Below, in pieces: positions 39,574-52,203 of a stretch of 64,000 bases of DNA (its first letter is position 1; every line of letters starts with the position of its first letter). The stretch is from an uncultured Bacteroidales bacterium (GTDB lineage Bacteria > Bacteroidota > Bacteroidia > Bacteroidales > WCHB1-69), in contig ONQE01000001.1 in the NCBI GenBank assembly GCA_900319925.1, positions 8,452-72,451 of the forward strand. Reading direction: 5' to 3'. The translations under genes and the position numbers were made by a program. The notes under the pieces are model-generated. The model had not been told where the DNA came from, made no database searches, and saw nothing but the letters and a program-made list of their open reading frames with translations.

Positions 39574-39725
39574 AATGTTTGAAATTTTGAATTTGAAACC
39601 GCAAAATTAGTCTTTTTTAACACTATTCTCTTTTCTAAACAAAAATAGTTATAAACAGATTCATATTCATAACCTTTTGACCATATATCCTTTTAATGAC
39701 GTGAGCGTGCAACCCAAAAATTTCC

Positions 39726-39733
39726 TATCTTTG
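39726..39733 (+). promoter_or_regulatory. -7 promoter box for metG
   Basis: TATCTTTG, 45 nt upstream of the ATG. Confidence 0.6.
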
Positions 39734-39778
39734 CGCTTTTCATCTGAAAATAGAAATACCAACTAAAATACTGATAAT

Positions 39779-41827
<2,049 letters not shown>

Positions 41828-41876
41828 TTAATAATTTGGTATTATACATTAAGAATTTATATACAATACTACTCAA

Positions 41877-41915
41877 ACGTAGGGACGCAGATTTTAGCGT
41901 CCCTACGTGTTTTCA
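41877..41915 (+). terminator. Intrinsic terminator of metG
   Basis: 12-bp perfect stem ACGTAGGGACGC agatttta GCGTCCCTACGT followed by GTTTTC. Confidence 0.7.
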
Positions 41916-42082
41916 CACAACCTTTTTATATACAGTCCGTTGCATTAAAAGTGCCCTAAAATAGGGAGTTTTCAAAGATATAAACAAAAAAATGAGTATG
42001 AGAAAATTACAGCGTTACCAACATTAAAATGTTCATAAAATGGCGAGTTTTCCAAATAACGCAAGTTACGGTTTCAAATCTT

Positions 42083-42322
42083 GGTGGATAAAAATTGGAA
42101 AAGTTTTGATTCCACAATTTCGTCCATTTTTGAACACATTTTGTCAACTTTTCAACCCGTGGAAAAAACCACTTTTTATCCACTCAAAAAAATTTGAAGA
42201 AAGTTGTCGGGGATGTTTCCCCTCTCAAAATCCGTGAGTTACTATTAACATTATCCACATTCAGCTGTTAATTAAAATTGATAACTCACTTTTCAAAATT
42301 TTCGGGCAAAATAATATCCACA
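42083..42322. other. DnaA-box cluster; candidate oriC core or DnaA-regulated region
   Basis: TTATCCACA at 42251-42259 is a perfect match. One-mismatch boxes: TTATCCACT at 42176-42184, ATATCCACA at 42314-42322, and GGTGGATAA at 42083-42091 (reverse complement TTATCCACC). Weaker boxes at 42158-42166 and 42108-42116. All lie in a 630-bp AT-rich non-coding gap. Confidence 0.4.
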
Positions 42323-42429
42323 TTTCAACAGCCATAATAATCATAGAGAATAAAATTTTATCTCTATTAAAATAACAGATTTTGCTGAATTGGTTTTTGT
42401 TTGACGGCCGCTTACATTCATCTTTTTTG

Positions 42430-42437
42430 TATTTTTG
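42430..42437 (+). promoter_or_regulatory. -7 promoter box for rpiB
   Basis: TATTTTTG, 23 nt upstream of the ATG at 42461. Confidence 0.55.
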
Positions 42438-42460
42438 CGGCCATTATAGAATTATAGGAA

Positions 42461-42886
42461 ATGAAGATTTACATTGGATCAGACCATGCTGGAGTTGACC
42501 TCAAAACGTGCGTGAAAGAACGTTTCGGAGGCCGTTTTGAGTTTAATGATTTGGGGACTTTCACGTCTGAAAGCGTGGATTATCCCGATTTCGCCCATCC
42601 GGTGGCGGAAAACGTGTTGAAGGATAACGGGTCATTCGGCATCCTGATTTGCGGCACAGGCAACGGGATGGCGATCACGGCTAACAAGCATGCCGGCATC
42701 CGTGCCGCGCTGTGCTGGTCGCCCGACATCGCCGCGCTCGCCCGTCAGCACAACAACGCCAACATCATCGTGTTGCCCGCCCGCTTCATCTCTCCTGAAA
42801 CCGCCATTGAAACGTTCGAGGCTTTCTTCAGTGCGCAGTTCGAAGGCGGAAGGCATCAAAGAAGAATAGACAAAATCAACCTCTGA
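42461..42886 (+). CDS. rpiB: Ribose-5-phosphate isomerase B
   Basis: 141 aa. MKIYIGSDHAGVDLK and ICGTGNGM. Confidence 0.9.
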   Translation: MKIYIGSDHAGVDLKTCVKERFGGRFEFNDLGTFTSESVDYPDFAHPVAENVLKDNGSFGILICGTGNGMAITANKHAGIRAALCWSPDIAALARQHNNANIIVLPARFISPETAIETFEAFFSAQFEGGRHQRRIDKINL

Positions 42887-42888
42887 TT

Positions 42889-44001
42889 ATGAAACCGCCC
42901 TTTTCAGACCAGGATTTCGAGAGCATCCGCAGGAAAGCCTACGCCCTTCGTCATAACTACTTTGACGATATGGAGAAGTATTTGCTCAACCTTGAGGCCG
43001 CCCTGCAGCGGAAAGGTCTGGATGTGTTGTGGATCAAGGACAGGGATTCCCTGACCGATTCCATCAACTCACTGGTTGGCAAACTGAATGTCAGACGGAT
43101 GTCTTTCGATACGGAGATTCCGTTCGAGCCGGTTTTCCAGAATCGTGCCGAGATTGTTCCTTTGGAGACAGAGGAAACTTCCTCGGATGATTTGGACTTG
43201 TTGGTCATCAACGCCGATTTGGCGGTTTGTGATTCCGGTTCGCTGGTTTTTTTGGACAGAAAATCGCAATGCTGTTTCAATAAAGTCAAAAATTTGGCGG
43301 TCATTGTCAATATAGACCAATGCGTCGCCTTTCAACAGGATCTCTCCTTCTTCATCGCTTTGAAGTATGCGTTCAAAGAAAACAAGATGCCGTTGGATAT
43401 CAAAGTGGTGCAGGAAAAGGCCAATTACGTGTTGCCTTCCGATTTCTCCTATCTCTCCGACCAGATGTTCACCCAAGAGGCTATGAACATCACGGTAATT
43501 CTCTATCTTAATGATATAGAGGATATTATAACGTCAGAAATCTTGAAGGAGTCATTGTATTGTGTCCAATGCGGACGTTGTCTTGAAGTTTGTCCTGTGG
43601 CCTCTTCGCATGACAATATCTCCCCGATTGATTTGATCAAGTTGAACAGTTTGGACAGGTATAACAAGTCGCAGCATCTTTTCTCCCACACGACGCTTTG
43701 CGGTGCTTGCGAGTCGGTGTGCCCGGTGAAGATTCCGTTGATTCGTTTGATGCTTTCGGAGATGCAGGTGTCGAATATGGTGGTTAAACCATCTCGCGCT
43801 AAAATGCTCTATTCGTTGTTCTCCAAACGTAGTAAACTGAACAAATTCAATAATTCGTTCTTGAAATTTTTCTTCATAAAGCGATTCTTTGGCAGAAATA
43901 AGAACTTGAACCGCTACTTTTCAGGTCAAAACAGTGATTTTTTCAATATAACCTACGAACCTCCATACGAAGACAATCCGAATGAACTCATCAAAGATTG
44001 A
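42889..44001 (+). CDS. LUD-domain/4Fe-4S dicluster protein (LutB-like)
   Basis: 370 aa. Two ferredoxin-type motifs, CVQCGRCLEVCP and CGACESVCP, follow an N-terminal LUD-like region (INADLAVCDSGSLVFLD). Confidence 0.6.
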   Translation: MKPPFSDQDFESIRRKAYALRHNYFDDMEKYLLNLEAALQRKGLDVLWIKDRDSLTDSINSLVGKLNVRRMSFDTEIPFEPVFQNRAEIVPLETEETSSDDLDLLVINADLAVCDSGSLVFLDRKSQCCFNKVKNLAVIVNIDQCVAFQQDLSFFIALKYAFKENKMPLDIKVVQEKANYVLPSDFSYLSDQMFTQEAMNITVILYLNDIEDIITSEILKESLYCVQCGRCLEVCPVASSHDNISPIDLIKLNSLDRYNKSQHLFSHTTLCGACESVCPVKIPLIRLMLSEMQVSNMVVKPSRAKMLYSLFSKRSKLNKFNNSFLKFFFIKRFFGRNKNLNRYFSGQNSDFFNITYEPPYEDNPNELIKD

Positions 44002-47000
44002 ACTCTTGAATGACAAAATCAGGCAGTTTTTGAAGAAATTCTACCTGGACAAACTGTACAAAGGGATTATTCTCTTTGTCATCATTTTATTGGCTACTTT
44101 CATAGCCTTTTCCCTGTTTGAGTACTTCTCCTACTCGAACACGGTAGTCCGTTCTATCCTTTTCTATTCGTTCATTGCCCTTGCCGCTGGGATCGGTATA
44201 GCTTACATTCTCATACCTGCGTTGAAAATCGGCGGACTTGGAAAACAGTTGACCAATGAAGAGATAGCGGATATCATTGGTAGGCATTTCGACCAAATAG
44301 ATGATAAATTACTGAATCTATTTGAGTTACAGAAACAGATGGAGCGTGGTGACTATCAAAGTTACGATTTGCTCACCGCTGCTATTGACAGTAAGATAGA
44401 TTCGTTCAAGGCTTATTCGTTTGTGCAGGCCATACCTGTGGAGAAAACCAAGCGTTTCGCCCTTTGGATGTTGCTTCCGATTGCGATTTTTCTGCTGTTG
44501 TTCTCGATAAAGAAAGAGTTGTTTACGGAACCGACCAAGCGTATCGTACATCATACGGAAGTTTACGAGAAGCCTGCCCCTTATTCGTTCATTATCACCA
44601 ATGACACCTTGAACGCTTTCCAATATGAGGATTTTACAGTCAATGTGAAAGTGGAAGGCAGCGAAGTGCCTGACGAGGTTTATATCAAGTATAAGAACCG
44701 TAACTACAAATGTCAGAAAAACGCCAATTCGGAGTTTTCGTACACGTTTACGAATTTACAGCAAAATGTAGATTTTCAGATTAATACGGATGAAGTGACG
44801 TCCACTGTTTACGAAATCAAGGTCCTGCCAAAACCGGTGATGCTCGGTTTCAATATGTCGTTGCATTATCCGTCGTATCTCAACAAACCGGATGAAGTGT
44901 TGGAGAACGTCAGTAATGTTACGGTTCCTGAAGGTACGCAGATTACTTGGAACTTCATCACCCGTAATTCAGAAAATCTTATACTCATAGTTGATGATAA
45001 TCAAAAGGTTATATCATCTGATAAAGATAATTATCTCGTAAATGTAACCGCCCGCAACTCCTTTACGTATTCTATTCTGAATAAAAATAAATTTATGACA
45101 GGTAAGGATACGCTGACAGATGAGGTGACCGTTATCAAGGACATGTACCCTGAGATTTTCGTGCAGTCCCAGCAGGATTCCGCGTACCATGACCGTGTCT
45201 ATTTCAAAGGTAACATCAAGGATGACTATGGTTTTACTAAATTAGTCTTTGTCTATAACAAACTTGACAAAGATGGTAAATTATTGTCTTCCAATACAGT
45301 AGTGCCTATTAAAATACAAAATGGCGTTACTATTCAGGACTTTTATTACTACTTTGACCAAAGTATGTTCAATCTCAATCCTGGCGAGCAGATTGAATAT
45401 TACTTCCAAGTATTTGATAATGATGGTGTTAACGGTGCAAAATCAACTAAATCATCCGTTCAAAGCTATAGAGTGCGCACGATGGATGAGATAGAGGAAG
45501 ATATGCACAACGCTGAAGAACAGACTAAGTCTGATTATGCTGATTTGTTGAAAGAATCCAAAGATTTAGCCAAGGAAATCGAAAAGATGCAGCAGAAGAT
45601 GCAGCAGGAAAAAGAACTTTCTTGGCAAGACAAGAAGAATTTGGAGAAGTTGATGAAGGATTATCAGAAGCTTCAAGATCAAATCAACGAGCTCAAGCAA
45701 AAGCAGGAAAACCATCAGCAGGTTGAAAACCAGTATAAACAGATTGATGAAGATATCTTGAGAAAGCAGCAGGAGCTTCAAAAACGGATGGATGAAATCC
45801 TTTCGGATGAGATGAAGCAGATGATGAAGGAGCTGGAGCAGATGATGCAGAATATGGATAAGGACAAAATCCAGCAGCAGATGGAGAAGATGAAGCTTTC
45901 TTCGGAAGACATCAATAAATCCTTGGATCAGCAACTTCAGTTGTATAAGCAGTTGGAAGTGGAGAAAAAACTGAATGAAACGGTTAACAAGATGCGTGAC
46001 TTGGCCGATGAACTGCGTAAAAACGCTGCCAAGACTGAAGACAAACAGAACTCCAAAGAATCGCTTCAAAAACAACAGCAGGAGCTTCAAAAGAAGTACG
46101 ATGATTTGAAGAAGGATATTCAGGATTTAAAGCAGATGAACAATGAACTTGAAGATCCGACTGATTTTAAGGATAACCAGGAGCTTCAGAAGGATGCCGA
46201 CCAAAATATGCAGCAGAGTCAGCAGAATTTGGAAAAAGGTAATCGTTCAAAGTCTGCTGACAACAAAAAGAAGGCAGCTGATGATATTGATCAGATGGCC
46301 GAGCAGATGGAACAAGACTTCAACGAAAGCCAGTTGGAAAGCATAACCGAGGATATAGCGACGATACGTCAGATATTGGACAACTTGGTCAAGATTTCCT
46401 TCGATCAGGAGGATGTAATGAAACGTGCTCAAAAGATGTCTTCCTATTCTGCTTCTGCTTCCGATGTTATGCGCAAACAATTCGAGGTGAAGCAGACTAT
46501 GAAGCACATTGAAGATTCTTTGAGTGCGTTAGCGCGTCGTCAGGCTGCTGTGAAGCCTTTCATCCAAAAAGAGGTTACCAAAATCCAGAGTAATATAGAG
46601 ACTTCACAAACGGAGTTACAGAACCGTCGTATGTCCATGGCTGCCAAAAATCAGCAATTTGCTTTGACTTCGATGAATAATCTTGCTTTGATGTTGATGG
46701 AGTCCATGAACGATATGCAGGATCAGCAGAAGCAGAGTCAGTCGAAATGCAACAAGGCAGGTAATGGATCCTGCAATAAGCCTGGTGGAAAAGGTAAGTC
46801 AAAGAAGGCTTCTGCGCGGGAATTGCAACAACAATTAAACCGTCAGATGGAAGCGATGAAGAAGTCTATGGAGCAACAGGCGAAACAGGGTCAGACCGGG
46901 CAGCCAAAGAGTATGAGTGAGCAGTTCGCCAAAATGGCGGCGCAGCAAGAGGCTATCCGGAAGATGTTACAGGACTATCAATCCGAGCAGAAACAATTGA

Positions 47001-47335
47001 ATGGGGTAGGGGATAAGGCATTGGACAAGATCATTGAGGATATGCAAAAGACAGAGAAGGATCTTGTGAATCGTCAGATTACCCAACAGACCATTAATCG
47101 TCAGAAAGACATTACCACACGTTTGTTGCAAAGCGAGCGTGCGGATATGGAACGTGAAAAAGACAATGAGCGTAAATCGAATGAGGCAAGACAGGTACCG
47201 AATATCAATCCTCCCAAGGATTGGAATTTTGACCGTCAGCAGATTCAGCAGAATGAGATGTTGCGTTCTGTGCCCGCGAACTTGAACTATTACTATAAGT
47301 CCAAGGCGAACAACTATTTTTATAACATTGATTAG
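43982..47335 (+). CDS. Large membrane-anchored coiled-coil protein (DUF4175-like)
   Basis: 1117 aa. Two N-terminal TM segments, a beta-rich middle, then roughly 550 aa extremely rich in Q/K/E/M/D. 20-nt overlap with the upstream gene. The family name is from memory only. Confidence 0.6.
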   Translation: MNSSKIELLNDKIRQFLKKFYLDKLYKGIILFVIILLATFIAFSLFEYFSYSNTVVRSILFYSFIALAAGIGIAYILIPALKIGGLGKQLTNEEIADIIGRHFDQIDDKLLNLFELQKQMERGDYQSYDLLTAAIDSKIDSFKAYSFVQAIPVEKTKRFALWMLLPIAIFLLLFSIKKELFTEPTKRIVHHTEVYEKPAPYSFIITNDTLNAFQYEDFTVNVKVEGSEVPDEVYIKYKNRNYKCQKNANSEFSYTFTNLQQNVDFQINTDEVTSTVYEIKVLPKPVMLGFNMSLHYPSYLNKPDEVLENVSNVTVPEGTQITWNFITRNSENLILIVDDNQKVISSDKDNYLVNVTARNSFTYSILNKNKFMTGKDTLTDEVTVIKDMYPEIFVQSQQDSAYHDRVYFKGNIKDDYGFTKLVFVYNKLDKDGKLLSSNTVVPIKIQNGVTIQDFYYYFDQSMFNLNPGEQIEYYFQVFDNDGVNGAKSTKSSVQSYRVRTMDEIEEDMHNAEEQTKSDYADLLKESKDLAKEIEKMQQKMQQEKELSWQDKKNLEKLMKDYQKLQDQINELKQKQENHQQVENQYKQIDEDILRKQQELQKRMDEILSDEMKQMMKELEQMMQNMDKDKIQQQMEKMKLSSEDINKSLDQQLQLYKQLEVEKKLNETVNKMRDLADELRKNAAKTEDKQNSKESLQKQQQELQKKYDDLKKDIQDLKQMNNELEDPTDFKDNQELQKDADQNMQQSQQNLEKGNRSKSADNKKKAADDIDQMAEQMEQDFNESQLESITEDIATIRQILDNLVKISFDQEDVMKRAQKMSSYSASASDVMRKQFEVKQTMKHIEDSLSALARRQAAVKPFIQKEVTKIQSNIETSQTELQNRRMSMAAKNQQFALTSMNNLALMLMESMNDMQDQQKQSQSKCNKAGNGSCNKPGGKGKSKKASARELQQQLNRQMEAMKKSMEQQAKQGQTGQPKSMSEQFAKMAAQQEAIRKMLQDYQSEQKQLNGVGDKALDKIIEDMQKTEKDLVNRQITQQTINRQKDITTRLLQSERADMEREKDNERKSNEARQVPNINPPKDWNFDRQQIQQNEMLRSVPANLNYYYKSKANNYFYNID

Positions 47336-47346
47336 TATAACTGTTT

Positions 47347-47766
47347 ATGATAGAGATTTTACTTACTGATTTGAACAATGAGAATTTTTACAGGGAGACG
47401 CTGAAAACTATCGAATCCATTTGCGATGAGTATTCGATAGGGGAGCATTTCGGTACGTTGTCCATGGCCAACCAGATGATATGTGACTATCTAGAGTCGA
47501 AGTCATCTGTTGTAGCGAATGTGGCGTTTCGTATCGACAGTGATGAAGTGTCATTTGACTATTCTTTGACGAATGGCGACTTCAGTTCCTTCTCCCAGGG
47601 TGATGAAGCGGATAACACAAGTATGTTCGTCTTGAGACGTCTGGCGGATGAGGTTTCCTTTTCAACTGATTATGATACCCTTACAACCACTTTCCACGTG
47701 AAAACAAAAATGACGGTCCATAGAAATCCGCAACGAGTGGCTGTAAAATCTAAAATCTTCAGTTGA
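47347..47766 (+). CDS. Hypothetical protein (139 aa)
   Basis: ORF in operon context. No family recognised. Confidence 0.45.
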   Translation: MIEILLTDLNNENFYRETLKTIESICDEYSIGEHFGTLSMANQMICDYLESKSSVVANVAFRIDSDEVSFDYSLTNGDFSSFSQGDEADNTSMFVLRRLADEVSFSTDYDTLTTTFHVKTKMTVHRNPQRVAVKSKIFS

Positions 47767-47769
47767 TAG

Positions 47770-48816
47770 ATGAAGAACATAGTATCGCTAATATTATGTT
47801 TGTTTTGCTCCATTTGGGTATATGCCCAATCGAGTAGGGTGTTGTTCATTGGTAACAGTTATACTTCAGTCAATAACCTTCCAGAGTTAATCTCTCAAAT
47901 TTATTCATCCACCGGAGAGAGTATGGAATATGTCATGAGTGCTCCCGGTGGCTGTACCTTTCAGCAACATTGCTCGGTATCGCTTCCCTACATTCAGCAA
48001 GGAAATTGGGATTATGTCGTTTTGCAGGAACAGAGTCAGTTGCCCTCCTTTCCAGAGAGCCAGTTTATGCAGGAGTCCTATCCATACGCACAAGAGTTGT
48101 GCTCTTTGATAAGGCAATACAATCCGGATGCAAAGATTATGTTTTATATGACGTGGGGTCGCAAGAATGGTGATCCGCAAAACGGACAGTATTATCCACC
48201 TCTGAATACATACGAAGGTATGGACAGTTTGTTGCATGCTCGCTATTTGATCATGGCAGAGGACAATGATGCTTGCGTTTCCCCTGTCGGAGCCGTATGG
48301 CATTCGATACGTGACCAATATCCTGACATGGAACTATATCAGTCAGACGGCAGTCACCCTTCCTATTTTGGATCATACGTGGCTGCTTGTTCTTTCTATA
48401 CATCCTTTACCGGCCGAAATCCGCTCGATATTCAATGGAATGGTACTCTTGATGGTCCGTCCGCTGATATCGCCAAGAATGCGGCAAAAAGGGTTGTCTA
48501 TGACTTTCTCTCGAGTTGGTGTTTTGAAACAGACACCACGCAAATTGATTCGACGCCCGTGGTTGATAAGATAGTCGATACGGTTTATGTCTATCCTAAC
48601 CCTGCCAATACCACGCTTCATATTCATATTCCTGAATCTTTTGGTTCTGGCGGTTCTCTCATGATTTTGGGTGAGAATGTCATAGCTTACCAGCAAGTGG
48701 GTTTGGATAGCGACATTATCTTGAATGTTTCTCAATTCCCAAGTGGGTTATACTTTTTGGTCGTGAACTTAGGAGGTTTCAAACGTGCGTTTAAGAAGTT
48801 CACCATTGTACATTAG
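47770..48816 (+). CDS. SGNH/GDSL-like hydrolase with a T9SS sorting domain
   Basis: Signal peptide, block I-like FIGNSYT, DGSHP near the end of the catalytic domain, and CTD VYVYPNPANTTLHIHI...GLYFLVV. Confidence 0.6.
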   Translation: MKNIVSLILCLFCSIWVYAQSSRVLFIGNSYTSVNNLPELISQIYSSTGESMEYVMSAPGGCTFQQHCSVSLPYIQQGNWDYVVLQEQSQLPSFPESQFMQESYPYAQELCSLIRQYNPDAKIMFYMTWGRKNGDPQNGQYYPPLNTYEGMDSLLHARYLIMAEDNDACVSPVGAVWHSIRDQYPDMELYQSDGSHPSYFGSYVAACSFYTSFTGRNPLDIQWNGTLDGPSADIAKNAAKRVVYDFLSSWCFETDTTQIDSTPVVDKIVDTVYVYPNPANTTLHIHIPESFGSGGSLMILGENVIAYQQVGLDSDIILNVSQFPSGLYFLVVNLGGFKRAFKKFTIVH

Positions 48817-48818
48817 TT

Positions 48819-49241
48819 ATGATAAGTTTCGATTTTGTTTGTGAAAGCAACTTCAAGCCATCGGTAAAACACAAGATATGGCTTCAGCAAGTAATCCGCA
48901 CAGAAGGGAAAACTCCTGGTGATATTTCCTATATTTTCTGTGGTGACGAATATATGCTGGAGCGAAACATCGCCTTTTTGAATCACGACACTTATACCGA
49001 TATCATCACTTTTGACGAGTGTGTTGGAGATGTTGTATCCGGTAGTATTCTGATCAGTGTTGACAGGGTGGGGGAGAATGCAGTGATGTTTAACAAGACT
49101 TACGAAAATGAGTTTTTACGAGTCCTTGTACACGGAACATTCCATCTTTGCGGTTATAAGGATAAAACGGAATCGGAAGCTAAACTCATGCGCCAAAAAG
49201 AGGATGAGGCCTTGGCATTATTAGCTGATTCAAATTTATAA
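48819..49241 (+). CDS. ybeY: rRNA maturation RNase YbeY
   Basis: 140 aa with the metal motif [11 protein letters not shown]. Confidence 0.85.
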   Translation: MISFDFVCESNFKPSVKHKIWLQQVIRTEGKTPGDISYIFCGDEYMLERNIAFLNHDTYTDIITFDECVGDVVSGSILISVDRVGENAVMFNKTYENEFLRVLVHGTFHLCGYKDKTESEAKLMRQKEDEALALLADSNL

Positions 49242-49285
49242 CCAATTTACTATCAGAAAATTTCGAATATTTTTCACGTGAAAAG

Positions 49286-51163
49286 ATGAGGGACTGTTAC
49301 GATATCATAGTGGTGGGTGCAGGTCATGCGGGATGCGAGGCCGCCGTTGTTTCGGCCAAGCTTGGGAACAGTGTTCTTCTCATTACGATGAACCTTGCCC
49401 TCGTGGCGCAGATGTCGTGCAACCCGGCTATTGGAGGTATCGCCAAAGGACAAATTGTTCGCGAAATAGATGCGTTGGGTGGTATGACGGGTATTGTGAC
49501 CGACCATACCATGATCCAGTACCGAATGCTCAACCGTTCGAAGGGACCCGCTATGTGGAGTCCGAGGGCACAGTGCGACAAAACAGCCTTTTCCTTGTAT
49601 TGGAAACATATTCTTGAAAATACTCCTAATCTCCATCTTCGTCAAGATACCGTGACCGAATTGTTATTTGATGCGGATAGGGTCATTGGCGTCAAGACGC
49701 AATTGGGTAAGACTGTTCTCTCAAAGAAAGTCATTCTCACTAACGGTACTTTTTTGAACGGACGTATTCATGTCGGGGAGGTTAATTTTTCCGGCGGTAG
49801 GATAGGGGAGAGTGCTTCTTTCATTTTGTCCGACCAATTGAAAGAGCGTGGCATCGTTACGAAAAAACTCAAAACCGGAACCCCTGTCCGAATTGATGGA
49901 CGGACTGTCGATTTCTCCAAAATGGAAGAACAACCCGGTGAAAACCCTCCGGGACGTTTTTCGTTCACCAATACCCCTCCTCTTCACCGGCAGCTCAGTT
50001 GCTGGATTACCTATACCAACGAGCAAGTACACCAAGTACTCCAAAAGGGTTTCGAAAAGTCCCCTATGTTCCAGGGACGCATCCAAGGTGTGGGTCCCCG
50101 TTATTGTCCGTCCATAGAAGATAAAATCGTTCGTTTCGCTGACCGTACACGTCACCAACTCTTTCTTGAACCGGAGGGACGCAATACAAATGAATATTAC
50201 CTCAACGGTTTTTCCTCCTCTCTTCCTGAAGATATTCAGGTGGAGGCCCTCCATCTGATTCCTGGATTGGAACAAGCCGAGATATACCGTCCGGGTTATG
50301 CCATCGAGTATGACTATTTCGACCCGATGCAGTTGCGTTATACGCTTGAATCGAAAATTATCGGAAACCTTTATCTTGCCGGACAGGTGAACGGAACCAC
50401 CGGTTATGAGGAGGCGGCGTGTCAAGGACTCATGGCAGGCATCAACGCACATCTCTCCCTTGCCGAAAAAGATCCTTTGATTTTGACCCGTTCACAGGCT
50501 TACATCGGTGTGCTCATTGACGATCTGATTACGAAAGGTGTCCAGGATCCCTATCGCATGTTCACTTCGCGAGCTGAATACCGCATTTTGTTGCGACAGG
50601 ACAATGCCGACCAAAGGCTTACTCCGATAGGCAATCAGTTGGGTCTGATTGATGCGGAACGCTATGAGGAATTTCTCCACAAATACGATCTGCAGACGCA
50701 AATCACCGACTACCTTCGAAGCCATACTACCCACTTTCAAACGCTCAATGAGCTGCTCGTTAAACGGGAAACTTCTCCCTTGAATCAAAATGTCAAATTG
50801 GAAAATGTATTGCTCCGTCCCCAAATCTCCATTCAGGATCTGATGGATTATGATCGTGAGTTTGCCTATTTCCTGCAACAGATTGGTGCCGATTCAGAAC
50901 AGATTACCAACGCCGAAACGAGTATAAAATACAGCAGCTATATTCAGAAGGAGGAAGAAATGGTGCAACATCTCACCAATCTCGATGCTATTAAGCTGCC
51001 TCTCGATTTGGATTATCCAAACATCAATTCTTTGTCGAAAGAGGCGCGTGAAAAGCTGTCCAAACTCCAACCCGCAAATCTGGGGCAAGCCTCTCGCGTC
51101 AGTGGTGTGAGTCCAGCCGATATTACCGCACTGATGATTTATCTTAGGACTTGTGATTTGTGA
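49286..51163 (+). CDS. mnmG: tRNA uridine 5-carboxymethylaminomethyl modification enzyme MnmG (GidA)
   Basis: 625 aa. FAD motif [12 protein letters not shown]. The last codons and the stop lie inside a heptamer array. Confidence 0.95.
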   Translation: MRDCYDIIVVGAGHAGCEAAVVSAKLGNSVLLITMNLALVAQMSCNPAIGGIAKGQIVREIDALGGMTGIVTDHTMIQYRMLNRSKGPAMWSPRAQCDKTAFSLYWKHILENTPNLHLRQDTVTELLFDADRVIGVKTQLGKTVLSKKVILTNGTFLNGRIHVGEVNFSGGRIGESASFILSDQLKERGIVTKKLKTGTPVRIDGRTVDFSKMEEQPGENPPGRFSFTNTPPLHRQLSCWITYTNEQVHQVLQKGFEKSPMFQGRIQGVGPRYCPSIEDKIVRFADRTRHQLFLEPEGRNTNEYYLNGFSSSLPEDIQVEALHLIPGLEQAEIYRPGYAIEYDYFDPMQLRYTLESKIIGNLYLAGQVNGTTGYEEAACQGLMAGINAHLSLAEKDPLILTRSQAYIGVLIDDLITKGVQDPYRMFTSRAEYRILLRQDNADQRLTPIGNQLGLIDAERYEEFLHKYDLQTQITDYLRSHTTHFQTLNELLVKRETSPLNQNVKLENVLLRPQISIQDLMDYDREFAYFLQQIGADSEQITNAETSIKYSSYIQKEEEMVQHLTNLDAIKLPLDLDYPNINSLSKEAREKLSKLQPANLGQASRVSGVSPADITALMIYLRTCDL

Positions 51164-51313
51164 TTTGTGATTAGTGAGGTGTGATTTGTGATTTGTGAAT
51201 TGTGATTTGTGATTTGTGAATTGTGATTTGTGATTAGTGAGGTGTGATTAGTGAGGTGTGATTAGTGAGGTGTGATTAGTGAGGTGTGATTAGTGAGGTG
51301 TGATTAGTGGTAG
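51153..51313. repeat. Heptamer array, family C (GTGATTT/GTGATTA/GTGAGGT/GTGAATT), 23 units
   Basis: Hand-parsed and contains no C at all. It ends in six copies of the 14-mer GTGATTAGTGAGGT. The mnmG stop (51161-51163) is inside unit 2. Confidence 0.9.
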
Positions 51314-51568
51314 ATTATTCTAATGAAAGAAAATCCACTCTAAGTTAGTTATAATACATTGATAATCAATAATATATTATAAAATCATCGATTTTGTTAG
51401 CGATAATCGAAAAAAGGTGTTCTGTGTTTAAGAATCATAAAAAAGCCTGAATTCAGCGATTTTCGGTAAACTATATTGATTATCAATTATTTATACTTTA
51501 CATCCTTTTGGAATGATCTCCGATAAAAAATATTTTGGGTATTTCGGTCGCGTGAATTGAAAAATGCG

Positions 51569-51576
51569 TAATTTTG
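51569..51576 (+). promoter_or_regulatory. -7 promoter box for rubrerythrin
   Basis: TAATTTTG, 54 nt upstream of the ATG at 51631. Confidence 0.5.
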
Positions 51577-51630
51577 CAATCCGTTTCTTGGATAAGATTA
51601 TTTTACCAACAACAGTCAAAAGAATACATT

Positions 51631-52170
51631 ATGGAATTAAAAGGATCCCAAACCGAAAAGAATCTGCAAGCCGCTTTCGCCGGCGAGTCACAGGCCAGAA
51701 ACAAATACTCTTATTACGCCTCCAAGGCGAAGAAGGATGGCTACAACCAAATTGCCGCCATTTTTGAGGAGACGGCAGCCAATGAGAAGGAGCACGCCAA
51801 AATCTGGTTCAAACTTTTGCACGACGGCAAAGTGCCCGACACGGTGACCAACCTGAAAGACGCTGCGGCGGGTGAAAACTACGAGTGGACCGATATGTAT
51901 GCCGGTTTCGCTAAAACTGCCAAGGAAGAAGGTTTCGACCACATTGCCGCACTGTTCAAGATGGTTGGTGAGATCGAGAGACATCACGAGGAGCGTTACA
52001 AAAAACTGCTCGCCAACATTGAGGGCGGTCTTGTCTTCTCCCGCGACAACGATATGGTTTGGCAATGCGCCAACTGTGGCCACATCGTCATCGGCAAAAA
52101 AGCCCCTGAAATCTGCCCGGTTTGCGACCATCCGCAATCCTATTTCCAAATCAAAGCCGAAAATTTCTAA
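51631..52170 (+). CDS. rbr: Rubrerythrin
   Basis: [26 protein letters not shown] diiron domain plus a C-terminal rubredoxin-like CANCG...CPVC. Confidence 0.9.
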   Translation: MELKGSQTEKNLQAAFAGESQARNKYSYYASKAKKDGYNQIAAIFEETAANEKEHAKIWFKLLHDGKVPDTVTNLKDAAAGENYEWTDMYAGFAKTAKEEGFDHIAALFKMVGEIERHHEERYKKLLANIEGGLVFSRDNDMVWQCANCGHIVIGKKAPEICPVCDHPQSYFQIKAENF

Positions 52171-52203
52171 CCCATTTTTTAATCAACAACAAATCAAACC
52201 ATT

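Noticed and set aside
42040-42237. A 65-aa ORF inside the metG-rpiB gap.
   Set aside because: There is no promoter box in a suitable position. The composition is that of AT-rich non-coding DNA, the ORF overlaps the DnaA-box cluster, and the peptide has no recognisable features.
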